A stretch of DNA of 59,501 bases, filler included, from Sphacelaria rigidula (Eukaryota), in the NCBI GenBank assembly GCA_964200075.2. It is 10 parts of 10 records of this genome, joined end to end, with 100 filler letters (N's around TTAATTAATTAA, not from the genome) between each part and the next. Parts side by side here need not be neighbours in the genome. Positions count along the whole stretch, not along the records: positions 1 to 5,861 come from CAXNAA020023908.1; positions 5,962 to 11,822 come from CAXNAA020023909.1; 8 more parts are not named here. One strand, given 5' to 3'. A model generated the notes under the pieces. It worked only from the letters and a program-made list of their open reading frames with translations. It was not told where the DNA came from and did not search any database. Shown piece after piece: positions 1-11,749 of this stretch (position 1 is its first letter; every line of letters begins with the position of its first letter). Position numbers and translations under genes: made by a program.

Positions 1-2310
1 GCGGTAGGGGGGGCGCGGTGGGGTGGCGGGGCGTGGGTTGGGCTGGGTGCGGGGGGGGGGGGGGGGGGTATCGTAAAAAGATTCCTTTTTGAACAGGAAA
101 TGTCAGAAAAACGCGAAGCATGGGGAACGGTAACCACAACATCGAGTGACAAGCCCCCTGCAACGTGTTGCCACGATGCCGTTTGCTGGAGGGTTTTTGT
201 GGATACAGGTGAAAGATGCCACGGTAGATGCACATTGGGGCCCAAATTCGTCCATCGAGGAGCTCCTGAAGTTAGAGACTATACAAGACGATGGGCCAGA
301 ACAATCTCGTTGCAAATCCAATGCGGGGAAGACCTAGCCCTAGCCCATTAGAATGCTTTTCGTGGCGTGCTGTCACATATTCACAAGTTATTTTTCGAAC
401 GAGAGAAACAGCTTCTCGCAATCCAAACTTGAGAAAAACATTGTGCAAGCCAACCATGGTAAAACTCAGGTACACGGCGTTTCTTAGCATATATAGGTTG
501 AGCGTAACCAGGGCGCCGGATGGACTACACGCCAGCCAATACTATAAAAACTGTCTGCATCCCTGTGCAGCTAATGGATACCCCAGTAGTCCAAGAGGCA
601 ACCCTGGGTACTCCAAGTACCGACCAGATGACTACGCTGAAGGCACAACCCCCGTGTATACAGTGAACTGACTTGGAATTTTCTTCAGTAGTCTCAGAAC
701 TCACCCTTCGAGGACTTTTTCCCAGACGACACGGAGTCTTCGCTGTGCTGTCCGCGCACCTGATTCGGTGTTTTGACGCGCAGACGAATGAACAAGACGA
801 GGGGAAGAGCGGCTAGAATTATTGGGAATTAAAGATATTGTGCAAACACGTTTTGTGTATTGTCGCTTGTTCGATCCCTTCCCGGGCTGTACCCGTGTCG
901 TGCAGACAGCGGAGCTTGATCATGATCACCATCTCCTCGAACAGCATGTGGGTGCACACCTCATCTTGAAGCAAGTCGTGCCAATATATCGTGCATATGG
1001 CGTGAGGAACACGGTTGTGATCATATCTCTCTCAAGAGCCACACCTCAGCTGCCATCCTGTTCGGATCCGTTTGGATAGCGTCGAACGCGGCCGAGCGAC
1101 TGTCCAGCTTGAGGTCATGGACATGGGTTGACACTCTCCTTCGAGCATCTGGCGTGGGTGTCATTTCAGCAGCTGCAGGATACGTGGATACGACATATAC
1201 GAGGAGACACGCGTCGAAAGCCAAAGTGTGAGAATGATATTATTCAACACATGTGTGGATAGCGCGTGCAATAATGTTTTTGCTTCGCGCCAAGATAATG
1301 AACGCGGTTCGAGCTCGAGAGCACTCTTAGAGCCAGCTAAAACGAACTCAACAATTGTGAGGGGTAGCCATGGTGTCGTCCGAAACCAAAGTGCATGAGG
1401 GACGGGTCGAGTGCGAAAAACGTTTGATGGCGGGCCAACTCGCGTAGCTCCACAACAGAAGGAAAAGAGACCTTGCCGCAGACACCATTCAAAGGTCTGG
1501 CGGCAAAAGGGGGGGGGAGGGACGATCTGGTAGTTTAAGGTCAAGTGATATTCCCTCGCTCTGGGCTCTGGCGACGTCGTCTCAGCAAGCAATTCGGTCA
1601 CGGTATCGGACAGGTTTGAATGCCCCACAAGGCACGAGGTCACGAGGCATAACCCTGCCCTCCTCCCGAAGTGTTCTACACGATCTTCACTTTTGAGGCT
1701 CTCTAGAAGGAAGCCTTTGCGGCGCTATGAGACATGCGGTATTGTCATATGGTAACGATGTGAAGGGTTCGTACCACGAGAGTATTCGACCACCAGGACC
1801 GTAGATGAAAAGAGCGCTCAAGACACAATTTTAGTAAATCGCGACAAGGAGACGTGCAGTTCTGGGCGAGCATAAAAACCACGTACCGCATGTATACGCT
1901 GTGTTATGGAGGCAGCTTATGGAGTATATCACCTCGTCAAAAATAGCCCTGAAGTACTGACCTCGTCGTTGTGCCGCCGCTGCACGTGCCAACGCCGACG
2001 ATGCGGACGCCCCAGCAAACGGGCGAGAGCAGGCGGATATCCGCAGGGCACATATGCCTAGGGCCCTGACTAATCTCATGATTAGCAGTCACCCGAGGAA
2101 GCTGACAGCAGTAGCAGCAATGGATGAAATGGGTGAGAGCGGACGGTCAAAACGCGTCGCAGGCCCCACTGAATCGTCTGCATTTCGCACCGTGAGTAAT
2201 TCGACTGTGTTGCGCTCCAAGACCGAACCGGTGGGCAATACAGAAATCGACGGCAGTGTGCTCAAGAGAAAATTCGATAGATGTATCTGGAGGCACACAT
2301 TCCCAATAAA

Positions 2311-2747
2311 CAGCCGATCATCGAAATTGAGGATGGAGCTTTTCATTGAGGGTGAGAACTCAGAGGATGGGAACCTTCGTATCCGCACCAAATCTTCAAA
2401 ATATCGTTCCATTCCTTCACCTACTGGTAGCTATTGACAAGTAGTACACGTCATACATGTTATGATTTCGATAACCGAAAGTTGTAATCCTAGGTGAAGA
2501 ACCAATTTCGAGAATTTCGGCGATCCGACCGCATTCACTATATAAAAAAAAAACGGTTTTCATCTACGACCCCGGCATTTCGGTTCGAGAAATCCAAATT
2601 ATCCGGGCGTGTAGCCGTTACCTATAGCTACCAATAGGTGAAAGAATGGAGCCATATTTCGAAGATTTGGTGTGGATACGAAGATTTTCATCCTCCCGGT
2701 TCTCATCCTCAACAACAAGCTCCATCCTCAATTTTGATGATCGACTG
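2311..2747. mobile_element. Foldback/MITE-like non-autonomous DNA element, family M1 copy 1
   Basis: Termini CAGCCGATCATCGAAATTGAGGATGGAGCT ... AGCTCCATCCTCAATTTTGATGATCGACTG. Imperfect inverted complementarity runs through most of the 437 bp. Second copy at 50139-50585. No coding capacity and no clear TSD. Confidence 0.85.
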
Positions 2748-4892
2748 TTAGTAGTGTCGCAAATTCATCGCTCGATCCTACTAGTACAAGAGACGTGCCA
2801 GGACGGGGGGGGGGGGGCGAGCAGTGTGAAATATATGCGACTGTACAGTCATCCGCACACATGGCGTCTTTTTAGAACCGGGAGATTGTAAAGCAAATAT
2901 ATAATATCCCAAACGCTGGGGCATTGTTGATGTTATGCAGCTCGGTATTATAAATGATGGAAGAGCACTCAAATGTAGAACTATGTTCCATGATAGTTAG
3001 CTCGCACCTGAAACATCAGCGGTGTCTCAAGGCTGGCACGTTGCGCGGGGTGCGCTAAAATATTGGTATGTATGATCAAGGGTTGACATCCGCAGGTGTT
3101 TCGGAAACCATTCCGTGTTCAAGTAGGTCTTTGAAGCAGACCAAATTTTCATCTCTTCTTCGCCTCATGTATCGATACCACCAAGTCATGCCGCAAATAC
3201 ACAACCCCCTGTCAAGCTCAGTACAAGGAATGCATGTAGAGAGTACATATATCTGTGTGGGACTCTAGCATGAGGCAACAAGTCAAAGGCCAGGAAGTGA
3301 TCGACAAAGTACATAGGTGAGCGCCATGACCCGGGACCGAAATAACGTTGAACAAATGATCTCGCACGGCAATCGATCCCTCGGGATATGCTGCGCACTT
3401 AGTGCGTGTTTGTGTGGTCGGAGGGACTAGTGTCTCATGTGCCGCTTGGTTGAACTGTTGGGGTGACGATTGTCACGTTTCGGCTTGGACACTGTAGGGA
3501 CCGGCTCGCACGTCCAGTCCCAACACTGCCAGCGGCCGTCTGTACACAACACCGGACAGGTCGTGGGAAAATATGGGGTACAAAACGGGCCTACATCCAG
3601 TACCGTACACCCGCGAGCTGTCTACTGAGCAGCGGACGTATTTGATATTGAGGTAGCGGGTGTGCTTTGAACAAGTACTACTAGCAGGCCGTGAGCGTCA
3701 AGTTCCTCCACTACCGCAGACGTGTACGGGTAATCGCATGCAATCACCGGCGCGGTTTGGGTGTGCGACCGACCAAACTATGAAGTCGTCAAGCACGCAA
3801 GCATCAGAGCATCATCATCAAAGTCTCACCCCTTGGGTACCGTGGATGCGTTCGAGTGAAGGACGAGTTGTCCGGTCGATGATTGGGGTGATGAAGCGCA
3901 GAGGAGTGGGAAGGTGCGGTGCACTATTGCGCCGCCCCTTTATCGCTTTCGATGCGTTTCAAAACGCCTTCGTGCTTGTTAGATGATGACGAAAATCATG
4001 AGTTTGGGGCTCGACGCCTCACACGTTTTTATCCCTAATTTTTCAGGGAACAATACATTACGACCGATTGTGAAGTCAACTGCAATGTATATCACACGCA
4101 AAGGACATAACCCACACTTTGGAACACGATCATGGGGAGTGGGACGATGAAGGATGTTTGCCGCTCGCCAGACACGGCGGCTCTAGAACTAGTGCACAAC
4201 GCTTTCTGTATCACTAAGCCAACCCTCGTAAAATTCAGATCATTGACGCTCCATTGGAGGAGGATTGGCGGATGTGTGTGGGCCTCGATAGCTAAACTTT
4301 TCCAGTTGAAGCTTGGAAACGTCTGAATAAGCTGGGGGAAAATCTCGTTTGATTATCGAATACAAACCGTTCCCGCGGGTATCTACTTTCTGTCTACCGC
4401 TGTGCCGACATCACAACGAGAAATTTCCTTCGCTGCGTAGCCTAGCGGATACCAAAGAAACCCACATGATGTACGGATGGCAAGGATTCAGCTTGGCAGG
4501 ATCATCACGATCCCGCGAAGAAACGAACGGGACAGAGGTTAGCTACTCCCGCAAAAATCGGGACGTGAAGGCGACCTCGGCTTGACTGTATAACAGTACA
4601 CTGCCCGTATCCAACACTGATTGTATACGGTGTTGTGCTGGCCTTCAACACGAGAAAATTGATTGGCATCGCACGAGTATCATTCATTTTCCGTATATCA
4701 CCGTCGTAGTAGCCATCTTAGGTGCAATATACGGGGGAAATGTGTATACCGTGAAAGGAGGTGCGGTGCGATAAGGGCTGGAGGGATTGGATTCAACAGC
4801 TAGAGCCATCTGCGGCGGAACCACGTATACTGGATACTGTAGTGCAATCGCTTTCGAGCGTTTCGACAATTTGTCTCACGATATGATCAAAC

Positions 4893-5097
4893 TGTAATGC
4901 GTGAGAGTACCGCGTGCTTAGAGGACCGCATCTGAAATTGAACATCCCTATGGTTGGGGTTAGGGTTAGGGTTAGGGTTAGGGTTAGGGGCGTGGTTCCT
5001 GCAGGGACTGGCCTGATTGGTTTCGAAAAACGTCGATCCTGGGGTGTTTTGGACTACGGCGCGGTCTTCTAAACACGCGGTCCTCTCACGCATTACA
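4893..5097. mobile_element. MITE with TGT...ACA termini, 4-bp TSD and internal (TTAGGG)5, family M2 copy 1
   Basis: About 37-bp TIRs TGTAATGCGTGAGAGTACCGCGTGCTTAGAGGACCGC / GCGGTCTTCTAAACACGCGGTCCTCTCACGCATTACA. AAAC on both flanks (4889-4892, 5098-5101). TTAGGG x5 at 4960-4989. Diverged copy at 12826-13032. Confidence 0.8.
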
Positions 5098-5647
5098 AAA
5101 CATCCAACATCGGGCCGACGGTAGCTCTATGCGCGGACCATTTACTGGGATGAGGAAAATCCCAGAACTGCGGCCACGCAGCAAGAACGTACGGAAAAAA
5201 AGTCAAAGCGGGTACGGCAAGTGCTTCTCTTGGTGATTGGTCCTTGTCGCGAATCAAGCTGGCATAGCCAGCCCTCCCTAACACGGACAATATAGAACTC
5301 CACACACAAGTCTTGCCGCGAGCATACTTCACTCTGACAAAACGCGGCGCAATTGCTGTCTGTTCGCGACGGTGACAGATGGCAGTAGACAGTAGACATT
5401 ATCACCTGTTCGGCGCCCAGCTTCTCCATTCATCGTTTGGTGAGCGAGGGTACTCGTGAAGGTTTGTCATTCCTGCTTGCTACAGTAAACATCGGTTTCT
5501 CGTGTCCTCAAGTGCCATTCCCGCCTCGGCTTTGCAATGTCACAACCCGAAGACAGCCATTCTACCGCACGAACAAGGTAATTTCGACCCGTTCAAGGGT
5601 GATGGGCGTTTGTGTTCGTGTACGAGCATAAGGTGTTAAGGAATTGG

Positions 5648-5861
5648 CGTTTCCTGTGGGGAGAACTCATACAAACTGCTTCATATCTCATCAATAGAGT
5701 TCCACACTCAGCTCTCAGCAATGAAACGCCGTTCAAAGCACTCTACGCCAAGGACGCTAATCTTGGACACCTTCGGACTATCGGAGCAAGGGCCTTTGTT
5801 CACGTAGAAGTACATACCAAGAAACTGGAACCCCGCGCTTGGGAAGGACGACTCGTAGGCT
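5648..5861 (+). mobile_element. Ty1/copia integrase C-terminal fragment, cut by contig end
   Basis: FLWGELIQTASYLINRVPHSAL...TPF...LRTIGARAFVH...KKLEPRAWEGRLVG matches the canonical copia integrase WxExxxTAxYLxNR motif and the downstream KLxxRA motif. Confidence 0.9.
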
Positions 5862-5961
5862 NNNNNNNNNNNNNNNNNNNNNNNNNNNNNNNNNNNNNNN
5901 NNNNNTTAATTAATTAANNNNNNNNNNNNNNNNNNNNNNNNNNNNNNNNNNNNNNNNNNNN
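5862..5961. other. Artificial contig-joining spacer (N44-TTAATTAATTAA-N44), first of nine
   Basis: Identical 100-bp spacers with stops in all six frames at 5862-5961, 11823-11922, 17783-17882, 23743-23842, 29703-29802, 35663-35762, 41623-41722, 47583-47682 and 53543-53642. Intervening pieces fall from 5861 to 5859 bp, consistent with length-sorted contigs. Confidence 0.98.
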
Positions 5962-6027
5962 GTAGGGATGCGAGGTCAATGGTCTGATGACTATGGCAAG
6001 CATGATCATGAGTACACCTTCCCCCCC
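5962..6027 (+). mobile_element. 3' tip of C-tailed non-LTR-like element, subfamily B
   Basis: GTAGGGATGCGAGGTCAATGGTC...CATGAGTAC followed by a C-run. Similar to 35564-35662, 43248-43315 and 54979-55098. Confidence 0.7.
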
Positions 6028-8574
6028 TCTGCGCGCGCACTCTTCTACTATGCCACCCACTGGCTGGCCTCTCTTGCGGTGCTCATTTTTGTTCTTCGTA
6101 TAAGATCTGGGAGCGAAGGTTCGCACTGTGGCGAAGAGCGATATTCGAGCCGTAAATCTGGACGATTTTAAGCTGGCGGTTACTCGAGCACGGCCATCTG
6201 TCTCCAAGAAGACCATCGAAAAGTGAGTTTTTTTTCTGTATGTATCTGTCTTGTGTAATGATGCTTTTCCGCGAAGTTCATCGTGCATGATCTGCTTGGC
6301 GGTTGACAAGCAAAGAGAAGACTCGGCTTGGAGTGTACATGGTACCGTTTTGGGTATTCTTTTTATTGAGGTGGTTTGTGCGCAATTGAGTGCTTTTTTT
6401 ATCGATAAGCACGAGAGTGTGGCTACCATCCTGCGCGCCAAGCGATCGCGCAAGTCCGGTCCACCCCGGCGAAGCATATTCGTTTTTGCTCTCGTTTTTG
6501 GCCTTTTCCCCTCCTCGGGGTGGATCCGTTGTCTTGTGAGATGACCGTATCAAGGAGCCTTGGAGTTCAATGTTGGGCATTAGGTCAGCTCCCCCGCAGC
6601 TCGCCAATTTTCCACACGCTGTACAACTATACGTGGTATCTATTGTATAAGAAAATCAACACGACTTGGGTACTCTTGAGCAAGCCACAGTTGATATTTT
6701 GACCCGAGCCCTGCTGCTTGTACGTAGCACAGCTGGAGCATGGCCGCTTCGGGCGTAGTCTCGTTACTCTAATTATATTTAGCGTTCTGGTACACGAACA
6801 GCAGGCGAGCGGCGGAGAAAGTAAGATGTTAGCATAGGGGTGCAATTTCATCGTTTTCCCCCATATGTGCCATCGCTCGTTCCCGCGTTTTCAGACGAGA
6901 GGAGACGGAGTTTTGAACATCGTGTGGTTCGCTTGTTAGTGATCATTCTATGGCACATGCCTACATTCCCAAAAAAAATAAAGCAGAAAACGCTGTCGAG
7001 GCGTTCCTGTAGACGACATCACGGTCGCCGTGGTGAGGTTTGGTTGTGCGTCGTCGCCGCTTTTTTTTTTGTCTGTGACTGTTTTGAGGTTGTTCCTTGC
7101 TGTTGGAGAAAGGCCCGAGTCAGGGCGCTGGCGGATGACATGCATGGTCATCTTTGGTTGCTCGTCTTCCTCTCGCCAGTTCCCTTTCCAGCCTATTTGG
7201 GGTCACGACTATGTCATTGATATATCCTTCGCCGTGTGAGGTTGACCTTCCCTCATGATGGGTCCGGGTTGGGCAAGATAGGCCTTTAGTTTGCTTGTGA
7301 GAGTGTTGCGGAGTGTCGAAGCGCAATGCAGACACGGCAGTGTACACACCCCATTTTCTTGATCGTCATTTTTGCTGTTACCGTTGACTCGATACAGGTT
7401 CGAGGAATGGGAACGATCGTTGACTACGGGCTTATGACTGGGGTCGACTACGGCGGCAGAAGAGGATGGTCAGCGGGATGGGCATGCCGTGATTTTATCC
7501 TCCCCAATGCTGCAGTGGTCGTCAAGGATGTTGGATTTTTTTGCGTACGCGAAGAATATTTTTTGGCGTCTTTTTGTGAAGTGAAGAACAGGTACAAGCT
7601 TGTTTCTTCTTGCCTCGTAGTGGTCCAAGTATTCCACGCGGAATATTGCCACGTATTGAGGAAGTCTAAAAGCTTGGCCCCGATGTTTTTTAAATGGCGT
7701 GGCTTGAAGTGTCACTCTTGACTGCGAGCGGGAGGAAGCAGGGTAAGCATCAAGGAAGTTTTGGGAGGTTATACGTGGAGATGATGCATGTTCCCCTCGA
7801 TAGGCGTGTATCAGCGGAGAGCTAATACGATAGGAGTTGAGGCGTTCGTATGTGTCCTGTCCTACGGGGATCGTCCCCTTTTGAGAGATGGAAAATTGCC
7901 TCGAGTGGCAAGTGAACCGACATGGAGCATTCCTTACAGCTACAGCCTGACAACACGATTGCGCTGGGCGGTGTGTAAGGGCTAGATGAAGGCCTGGGTG
8001 CGTCGGGTTTCCTCCCTGTTTTTTGGTCGCCTACGTGAGAGACTAAGTCCTGCCATGCCCTTCTTATTTTTTTGCCAAGTCCTTATACCTACTAGATAAG
8101 CTGGGTGCTTGGTATCGCGTTTCATGAGCCTCAGGAGCGGCTTTCGACGTTGTAAGCGCGACTATTATCGCATGCTGGTATCAATCGGAGTCATCATAAA
8201 CGGTTATGCAATCTGGTTTGTGTTCGTGCATAGCCCCAAGTAGGGCTGGAAATAAGGTTTCCCGACAATTAAACAGCAGTCGGAACGCAACATTGCTGGT
8301 TTGGTTAAACATTCCGTGATCGACGGGGGGGGCGAGAGTTACCTGTGTACTATACTTGCCCTGGCCTTAGTTGTACCTCTGGTATCACTTGGTTCCCACA
8401 CTCAAGAGTTCCTACGTACCGTCTTGCGATGTGGGCACATGATGGCACTGAAGACCCATGCTCGTCTGCCGACACAGCTTGGGTCTCCCGACGGCGACAA
8501 GAGAAAAAAAATGTCGTTTTATTGAAATTAGTCATTAGTCACCCCCTGATCACTCGACTGCTCGACTGCTCGAC

Positions 8575-8641
8575 TGCTCCGTCTCGAAAGGGATGCGTGG
8601 TCAATGGTCGAACGACTAAGGCAAGCAACAAATGAGTACGC
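8575..8641 (+). mobile_element. 5'-truncated C-tailed non-LTR-like element, subfamily A, with 18-bp TSD
   Basis: TGCTCCGTCTCGAAAGGGATGCGTGGTCAATGGTCGAACGACTAAGGCAAGCAACAAATGAGTACG-C flanked by CCCCCTGATCACTCGACT (8542-8559) and CCCCCTGATCACGCGACT (8642-8659), one mismatch. Confidence 0.85.
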
Positions 8642-8914
8642 CCCCCTGATCACGCGACTCTCAAAATCTGATCTCCGTTCACAGAGCGAAACTCGCGCTA
8701 CTCGATGCATCTCCGTGTGGGCAAGATGATACCGTGAGCTCACCCATGTTTTTTAGCAGCTATCGTCTTCTGCGGCACGCGAAAATCGATGTTGCGTCGT
8801 CAGACGACAGGCGACTGGGGAAACGCCGAGTGCGCCGTAGATCCTGAATAGATACGATCCTGTTTTGGTAATCTTCATACCGATCTCAGGTCACAGTACA
8901 AATCTCGCGCCAGT

Positions 8915-9164
8915 TGATGCACCCCCTATTCCGTGGCCCGTGGCGAAGGATATATAGTTTTATCTTTTACATTATTGGAGAGTGCCTTGACGAAGTCGAC
9001 CCTATGATAGAGGGATCAGATGTGGAGTGAGCTCAGACGGCAGCACAGCAGCCGGCCTGAGCGTGGTACTGTAGTCACACACACTCGACTACCAGCGCCC
9101 GTGCGTCAGCATAAATCTATCCGCACGTGTACATGTTCACTCAATGTACCTGTTCACATGAACA
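8915..9164 (-). repeat. Putative 3' LTR of the adjacent copia element
   Basis: On the minus strand, downstream of pol, a polypurine tract (AGAGGGGG) is directly followed by TGTT at 9164. The distal CA end near 8915 is a guess because there is no second LTR to compare. Confidence 0.4.
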
Positions 9165-9479
9165 CCCCCTCTGAACCGGTACATCAGTCGTCGTGGCTTT
9201 TTCTCTCTCTCTCAAAAAAGGTTACAAGGGGGAAACCCGGCCATCCGAGCAAAAACCCCTCCCTCAACAGCTGGTGCTCCATACAGATAATCCATGGACG
9301 TCGGTCAAGGCAGATACACGTCATGTCAGGAAACGCCCTACAAAACCCATGCCCCTCAAAGTAGCGTGGGTGGCTTAATCCAAAATGCGCATAAATGCAT
9401 CACTTGAACAACTGAAAATACCCGGCGCTAGCACAAGGGTACACACAAAAAAAACGTACCTACTTGTCACCTTCCAAGT

Positions 9480-11650
9480 TCATAAAAAACGTCTGTGCCT
9501 GGTAAACAGGTTGATCGAGAGAGGCTTCATCAAAATATCAGCATGCTGCCATCCTGAGCCTACATGCACAACCCTGATCTTTCCCGTCCCCACCAGCTCT
9601 CGAATGAAGTGATATCTTACGTCTATGTGGTTACTCCTTTCGGAACTGAAGGGATTTTCGGCCAGAGCTTCTTCTCCCTCGTTGTCCTCGTACAAAACAA
9701 TACCTTGGTCCTCCCCGCATCCCGACACACTCTGAGGTCGCAGGAACGTCAACACTGCCTTCTTAAACAGTCCCTCCTTTCCCCCCTCGGCCATTGCGAC
9801 ATACCCTGCCTCCGTAGTTGACAAAGTCACACAGTGTTGCGTGCGGCTCGTTGCCGACACTACCACACCACCGTCCATTACGGCTACCCCTGATACCGAA
9901 TGCCTATCCGTTTCCTTTTTTGCGTAGTCTGCATCGCAGTAAACTGAGAGCCTATCATGTCCTTTCTTGAACGTAAGTCCAAACTCCTGCGTCTCGTTGA
10001 GATACTGAAGCACTTTTATCACAGCTTCCCAGTGCCTCTCGCACGGATCATGCGCCTGTAGAGCAAGCGCTCGTACCGAATTCACGATGTCGGGTCTGGT
10101 GACTGTTGCCAGCCACATCAGTCCCCCCACTGCGTTACGGTATGGGCGATTCACCTTTTTGTCTTCGCCCGTTGTCGGTCCCAACTTTACAGAAACAGAG
10201 GCAGGGATTTCCGAGTACCCCCTCATCTCAAAACACTTCAGGAGCGTGTTCGTGAACGTGGTTTGCGTCACAGACAGCGTGCCTCTATCCCAGTTTCTTT
10301 CCACTGCGCACCCCATGTACCAGGTGAGCTCTCCGAGATTGTTCGTGGGGAACTTTTTGTTCAGGATTTTGCCCACGTATCCCACGTTTTCCTCAGAACC
10401 ACTGATGAGGATGTCGTCCACATGGACAACTAAAATCACACGCAAGTCTCCTGCATCCTCCATACTGAAAACACATGTGTCAGCCTCACACTGCACCCTC
10501 CCGACATCTTCCAGTAAAGTTTGGCACAGAAGACGATACCACCGCCTGTCCGCTTGCTTGATCCCGTACATATCTTTTGTCAGCTTCACGGTCATGTCTG
10601 TCAAAACGGAGCAACCTTCAGGCCAGCTCATGTACACATTGGCATTCATCTCTGCTTGAACAAAAGCCTGTGACACGTCAAAATGATACAGCGGCCACTT
10701 TTCCTGAACTGCCACTGTCATGACCAGTTTGATGGAGGCCATGGAGGGCGTTTCCGCGAAAGTCTCGAAATAGTCGACTGCAAAACGTTGTCCGAATAAT
10801 CGTGCTACCAACCTTACCTTTGCCTTCGTTACAGCACCATCTGCGTCAGTTTTCCAACGAAAAACCCGCTTCGCTGAAATCACGTTTACTCCTTCCGGTA
10901 CAGGGCCAGTCGAAAATGGAACAGCCTTTTCATGATTTCCTAGTTCGGCCTGCATCGCGCCTAACCATGCCCCTCGAAACTCTGATTTTGCTATGTCATC
11001 CATACCAGTGAGTGTTGCCTCTATTTCGCTTACATGTAGGCCAACCGGTGAACACAAACCGAATTCAGGCTGCCCTACTCTGTTTTCCTCAGCAACAAAA
11101 CAAAAAAACTCGTTTTCGGCTAACTCGTTTTGGGTTGAGGCGATTGCGTCTTGGTTGGCCACCTGTCCCGCTGCCGCGGTGATCATCTCCATGGTTGAGC
11201 ATTTGTCCTCCGCCATTCCCACCAGCGCCATCTCCGCTTCCTTTTAGCTCTCCTCCGCTCCGCTGGCCACCAGCGTGTCGCCTCGTGTGTATGCTGACCC
11301 CACGGCCCCGCGCGTTTGGCTCCTCGTACGCCTCGCCCTTAGTGTTGGTAACCGTTCGGCCCACACAAGACGGCGTTGCTCGGTCCTCGGGAGTTCATGA
11401 GCGTCGCCGCCCCCCCCCGCCGTCTTGCGAGGGACCCGTCGAAGAGGGTAACAGTGCGGGCGACGAGAGAGTGTCCGATGCCGATGTGAGCGTCGACGTA
11501 CGTGTCGGCGTCTGCGCTGGTGTCGGCGTCGGCGCAGATGTTGGCGTTGATGATGCTGATGATGATTCCGGCTCCGCCTCACCCCCTCCGTTGACACAAT
11601 CTGAAACGGGGATCTCTGGTATCATCCCGCCTTCCCCCTGCCGCGATTGG
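9480..11650 (-). mobile_element. Ty1/copia LTR retrotransposon pol (reverse transcriptase + RNase H), probably inactive
   Basis: 583-aa ORF 9480-11231 with RT motifs (KVRLVAR, FDVSQAF, MYGIKQA, HVDDIL) and Ty1 RNase H motifs (YCDADYA, YEDN, HIDVRYHFIRE, QHADILMKPL). Canonical TEAEY reads TEAGY. The upstream Pro/Thr-rich linker is frame-broken and interrupted at 11651 by a LINE tip. Confidence 0.95.
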
Positions 11651-11749
11651 TCCGTCTCGAAAGGGATGCGTGGTCGATGGTCACACGACTAAGACAAGCA
11701 ACAAATGAGTGCGCTCCCCCCCTTCCCCCCTCCCCCCTCCCCCTCCCCC
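11651..11749 (+). mobile_element. C-tailed non-LTR-like element tip, subfamily A, inserted in copia
   Basis: TCCGTCTCGAAAGGGATGCG...CAACAAATGAGTGCG followed by a (CCCCCT)-like tail. CCCCC starts 17 bp upstream of the 5' junction (11634). Confidence 0.8.

Noticed and set aside
4954..4989. Chromosome telomere
   Set aside because: Only five perfect repeats, internal to a contig and enclosed by TIRs and a TSD.
5906..5917. TTAATTAATTAA recurring about every 5960 bp as a biological periodic motif
   Set aside because: It is always centred in N-runs of identical length, so it is a synthetic all-frame stop linker.
5975..6015. Hammerhead ribozyme (CTGATGA) in the C-tailed repeat, implying a Penelope-like or retrozyme element
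   Set aside because: There is no downstream GAAA with stem II, and CTGATGA is not conserved in the other copies.
10087..10659. 190-aa plus-strand ORF
   Set aside because: It is an antisense shadow of the copia RT frame.
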